Assembly (NCBI GenBank): GCA_040756655.1
Contig: JBFLYN010000002.1
Location: forward strand, 72,634-136,633
Origin: Bacillota bacterium
Lineage (GTDB): Bacteria; Bacillota; Sulfobacillia; UBA8153
Length of the DNA stretch: 64,000 nucleotides
Direction of reading: 5' to 3'
Shown: one piece after another, positions 60,336 to 64,000 of the stretch
Layout of the letters: every line of letters begins with the position of its first letter
Numbering within the stretch: the stretch's first letter is position 1
Notes under the pieces: model-generated
Databases searched by the model: none
Told to the model about the DNA's origin: nothing
What the model saw: the letters and a program-made list of their open reading frames with translations, nothing else
Translations under genes and position numbers: made by a program

Positions 60336-62153
60336 CTACACCTCACTGGGCATGTCGAGTTCTGTGGCCCCCATGGCCTTCATCCATTCCCATACCGCCC
60401 GGCGCCGCTCGAGCTCCTGGCCTGGAAAACGGATGGGGCGGCCGCGTGCATCCAGTATGACGCCCACGCAGCCGCCCCAGACTTCGGCCTCCACCGTAAC
60501 CCCACGGCCACCGCCCAGGTCCAGGCCGGGACCGGGAGTTGCCGTGATGACGGCCTTTTCCCCGGCTCCCAGGGGTACCCGCAAGATGGTGCCGGGCATA
60601 GCAGCCACCAGGCACGGCGCCCGACCAGGATACTCCAGCTTCGCGGTCACGGCGGGGTGGTCCGGGCGCATGCGACCGGACCCGGCCGGGGCAATGCAGG
60701 GACCCAGTGGTACCAGGCAGTCGTGATATAGAAGATCCCGGGCAGCCCTCGGGTGCAAGTGCTCAAGAAGCCCGATGTGAGGCATCATGAAGATGCTGTC
60801 CACGAAAAGCTGGGTAATCCCGCCCGGCTGGATGGCGTCCAGGAGCATCAAGGCAGCTTGTTCCCGCCGAGGAGCGTGTGATAGCACCCCGCCCGAACCG
60901 ACTATCATGTCAATGTGCATAGGGTCAACCAGGGGCCGGCCGCTGGGGGTCTGGTCGAACACATCTCCCATCGTCCTCTGCTGTTTGACCCCCTTGAGAC
61001 TGGTAGTGAGTTCACAGTGCTGCTGGAATGAAAGGCGTATGGTCTCACGGGCCACAGCCTGCTCAAGCAGGAGTTCGTGCCAAGTCTCAGGCACGGTCAC
61101 CGGCCGTACCATCTTGTTGGCGATGGCATCTTCGAAGGCCATCTGGTTAACGGCAAAGGGCAGCCACCGGTTTACCGCCGCAAATCCTGCCTCGGCCAGC
61201 ACATTGGTAATGCTGTAAGACATGCCCAGGTTGGCGCTGACGGTGCGGTACAGGTTGCCCTCGAGGACCGAGAACACGTCGGTGGTCGCGCCACCCACGT
61301 CGACGCCCAATACGCTACACCCGTGATCTTGGGCCAGGATCTGCATGACCCTCCCCACGGCCGCCGGCGTGGGCATGACCCGCTTCCCCACCCAGCTGGC
61401 CAAGCGGGCGTAGTTGGGGGCGTGAGCCATGACATGGTTCAGGAAGATCTCTTGGATCTTTTGACTGGCCGGAAGTACGTTTTCCTGTTCCATGCTGGGC
61501 CTGAGGTTATCAACAGCTGTCAGGTCGGAGAACTTGCCCAAGACATCGGATATGTAGGTACGTGCATCGCGGTTGCCGGCAAAGACCACCGGCATCTTGA
61601 CCTGGTCGCCAAAGCGGGGGCTGGCCCCGGCCAGAAAGAGCAATTCACCCATGCGAACTACGTGGGAGATGTTCCCGCCATCCACGCCGCCGGAAAGCAA
61701 GATGATGTCTGGACGCATGCGGCGGATCCGGTCCACTCGCTCATGGACCTGGCGACCATCGTCGATGGCCAAAACCTCGGTGACCACGGCACCGGCACCT
61801 AAGGCCGCACGCTGCGCGCTCTTAGCCGTGAGGTCCTTCATCACGCCGGCCACCATCATCTGCAGCCCGCCTCCGGCGCTGGAGGTGGCCAGGGCCAGGT
61901 CCACACCGGAATGGGCATCTGCGGGCACCACCAGGCCGTCGTCGCCCAGGAGCCTGCGACCGGTGCTATCCTGCAAAAGCTGGACCGCCGCCCGTATGCC
62001 GACGGTCACATCTTCAAACGGGGCCTCCACGGTGGTGGGCGCATCGGCCCGGTCCACCAGCCGATAGCCACCGTCCCGCTTGGCCACGAGAATGGCCTTG
62101 GTGGTGGTACTGCCGCAGTCTATGGCCAGGATCAGGTTGATGTCGGCCGACAC
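60336..62153 (-). CDS. GlmL/MutL-family ASKHA ATPase, long form, copy 1
   Basis: DCGSTTTKA, ATSSAGGGLQM, PTPAAV, DVGGATTDVFS, RTVSANLGMSYS, GSGGVLSHAP, ILDARGRP. Confidence 0.88.
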   Translation of the reverse strand: MSADINLILAIDCGSTTTKAILVAKRDGGYRLVDRADAPTTVEAPFEDVTVGIRAAVQLLQDSTGRRLLGDDGLVVPADAHSGVDLALATSSAGGGLQMMVAGVMKDLTAKSAQRAALGAGAVVTEVLAIDDGRQVHERVDRIRRMRPDIILLSGGVDGGNISHVVRMGELLFLAGASPRFGDQVKMPVVFAGNRDARTYISDVLGKFSDLTAVDNLRPSMEQENVLPASQKIQEIFLNHVMAHAPNYARLASWVGKRVMPTPAAVGRVMQILAQDHGCSVLGVDVGGATTDVFSVLEGNLYRTVSANLGMSYSITNVLAEAGFAAVNRWLPFAVNQMAFEDAIANKMVRPVTVPETWHELLLEQAVARETIRLSFQQHCELTTSLKGVKQQRTMGDVFDQTPSGRPLVDPMHIDMIVGSGGVLSHAPRREQAALMLLDAIQPGGITQLFVDSIFMMPHIGLLEHLHPRAARDLLYHDCLVPLGPCIAPAGSGRMRPDHPAVTAKLEYPGRAPCLVAAMPGTILRVPLGAGEKAVITATPGPGLDLGGGRGVTVEAEVWGGCVGVILDARGRPIRFPGQELERRRAVWEWMKAMGATELDMPSEV

Positions 62154-62252
62154 AAACCCACCTCCCGGCAGCTGGTACTGAATATTTCATCACCCGAAGG
62201 TAGAGCACCTTTTGGACTTTAGTGCCAGATATTGGACGATCTTGCTGGAGGG

Positions 62253-63482
62253 TCAAAGGAGGCTCTTCTCGACTTCCCCGTTTTTCAGCACCAGCTTGAT
62301 ATTGGACGCCTCCTGCAGGCACGTTACATCCACCAGGGGGTCACCGTCCACGACGATCAGGTCGGCATACTTGCCGGGTTCCAGAGTGCCCAGCCTATCC
62401 CCCAGCTGGATGGCATCCGCCGCCACCCGGGTGGCGGCCTGGATGGCCTCCAAGGGCGAAAAGCCAAGACCCACCAGGAGCTCGAGCTCAAGGGCATTGC
62501 TTCCGTGAGGCACTTGTGGTCCACCGGCAAAGTCCGTGCCCACAATCACGCGCACCCCGGCCTTCTTGGCCTTCATGATGTTGGCATGGTGAGTGTCCAG
62601 TATCTGCCTGGCCTTGACCACGGCCCAGGCAGGGGTGGACGCTGCAAACTCGGGCAGGAGCATGCGATGAAGAATGGACAGGGTGGGCACCAGGAAGGCG
62701 CCTTTCATCAAGAACAGCTCAATGCTCTCGTCGTCCATGAGGGTACCATGTTCGATGGTCCTGATCCCGGCCTTTAGGGCCGTGTTCACACCTGCTGCCG
62801 CATGGGCGTGGGCAGCCACGTGAGTGCCCACCCGCTCTGCCTCTTCAACTATGGCCAAAAGTTCCCCGGTGCTAAACTCGGCGTGCTTGGGGGTGTCTGC
62901 CGCGGACCCCAGGACTCCCCCGGTGGCCATGACCTTGAGGAAATCTGCGCCCTCTCTGAGCTGCTCCCGGGCGGCTTTCCGGCAGTCATCTTCACCGTCA
63001 CAGATGCGGGAGAGAAATCCCAGCTGGCGGGACTGCTCCAGGGGCAGGGTGCGCAGGTCGCCGTGTCCCCCGGTCTGGCTCAGGGACAGGGCGGCCGAGA
63101 GGATGCGTGGCCCCCGGATCTCCCCCTCAAGGATGACCCTCTTGATGAGATGGCCCATGCCGCCCGCATCCCGGACAGTGGTGAAGCCGGCGTTGATGAG
63201 GGATGCACAGTCGGCCACCACCCTGGCGGCCCGCACGGCCACCGGATCGTGGGCCCACTGGGCAAGGTTGAGAGAGCGCGTGCCGATGAGGTGCACGTGA
63301 GCATCGATGAGCCCAGGCATTACCGTCCTGTCGCCGGCATCGATCACTCGGTATCCGGGAGGAGGCGGGGTCTCTCTGGGCCCTACATGAGAGATGATAC
63401 CACCGTCTATGAGTACTACACCCGCCAACGGTTCGCTGCCGGTTCCATCCAAGATCCTGCCCAGCACTGCCAGTCCAGCCAT
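62253..63482 (-). CDS. Metal-dependent amidohydrolase (Xaa-Pro dipeptidase-like subgroup)
   Basis: MPGLIDAHVH, GFTTVRDAG, TGGHGD, KVMATGG, AAHAH, IEHG, GTD. Confidence 0.92.
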   Translation of the reverse strand: MAGLAVLGRILDGTGSEPLAGVVLIDGGIISHVGPRETPPPPGYRVIDAGDRTVMPGLIDAHVHLIGTRSLNLAQWAHDPVAVRAARVVADCASLINAGFTTVRDAGGMGHLIKRVILEGEIRGPRILSAALSLSQTGGHGDLRTLPLEQSRQLGFLSRICDGEDDCRKAAREQLREGADFLKVMATGGVLGSAADTPKHAEFSTGELLAIVEEAERVGTHVAAHAHAAAGVNTALKAGIRTIEHGTLMDDESIELFLMKGAFLVPTLSILHRMLLPEFAASTPAWAVVKARQILDTHHANIMKAKKAGVRVIVGTDFAGGPQVPHGSNALELELLVGLGFSPLEAIQAATRVAADAIQLGDRLGTLEPGKYADLIVVDGDPLVDVTCLQEASNIKLVLKNGEVEKSLL

Positions 63483-63528
63483 GAGGACACCTCCTGAAAG
63501 ACAAGCCGCGGCCTGTCCGTGTAGTTTC

Positions 63529-63572
63529 TCTCATTGTACCAGATGAGAACGGTCCTGGCTCACCTTGAGCCA
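63529..63572 (-). promoter_or_regulatory. Candidate promoter/operator of the amidohydrolase-glmL operon
   Basis: Extended -10 TGGTACAAT (minus, 63541-63533) with a poor -35 overlapped by palindrome TGGCTCA-cct-TGAGCCA (63556-63572). Confidence 0.5.
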
Positions 63573-63651
63573 AACCAAGCACGGAGATGGCCAGTACGCG
63601 TCGTAACCCCGCTCTGGCCGGGACTACACTGCCAGGTGCCCGTGCCCGTGA

Positions 63652-64000
<349 letters not shown>

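Noticed and set aside
50662-62153. Calling the MutL-family genes DNA mismatch repair mutL
   Set aside because: Motifs are ASKHA (DxGSTTTK, DxGGATTD), i.e. glutamate mutase L-like, not the GHKL ATPase motifs of repair MutL

Overview
High-GC window from what looks like an anaerobic Bacillota (Firmicutes) genome, judged from gene content and sigma-A/Shine-Dalgarno signals. 1-19.9 kb (minus strand) is one co-oriented block: LysM protein, small CQLGCF protein, moeA-moeA/PBP-moaA-moaC, D-aminoacylase, mog, hpt, guaA, then a PurBox-controlled NCS2 permease-purEBCSQLFMH' operon. That operon has no purK or purN, and its purE looks decayed. 20-24 kb is a scar: DUF2877, a carbamate kinase pseudogene, nested IS3/IS607/IS21 remnants and a broken GntR-ABC operon. 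24-49 kb holds mixed metabolism: split permease, M24 peptidase, ADP-ribosylglycohydrolase, GltP-type symporter, thl-hbd-crt, a collapsed NuoF/formate dehydrogenase operon with nuoE and fdhD, fhs, an internally deleted IS1634 element, an ECF sigma/anti-sigma pair, an ABC-2 exporter and a cobalamin riboswitch-btuFCD. The best candidate for an undescribed system is the tightly coupled 11-gene minus-strand operon at 49.3-63.5 kb. It runs: amidohydrolase, [GlmL/MutL-like ASKHA ATPase + uncharacterised barrel-sandwich/KOW partner], soluble PocR-like kinase + AraC response regulator, two ATPase+FtsX/MacB permease pairs (one ending in a CxxCxxC tail), and a second [GlmL-like + partner] pair. No B12-dependent mutase gene is present in the window. 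The window ends in the 5' part of guaB. All family calls come from motif recognition by eye; no database search was run.
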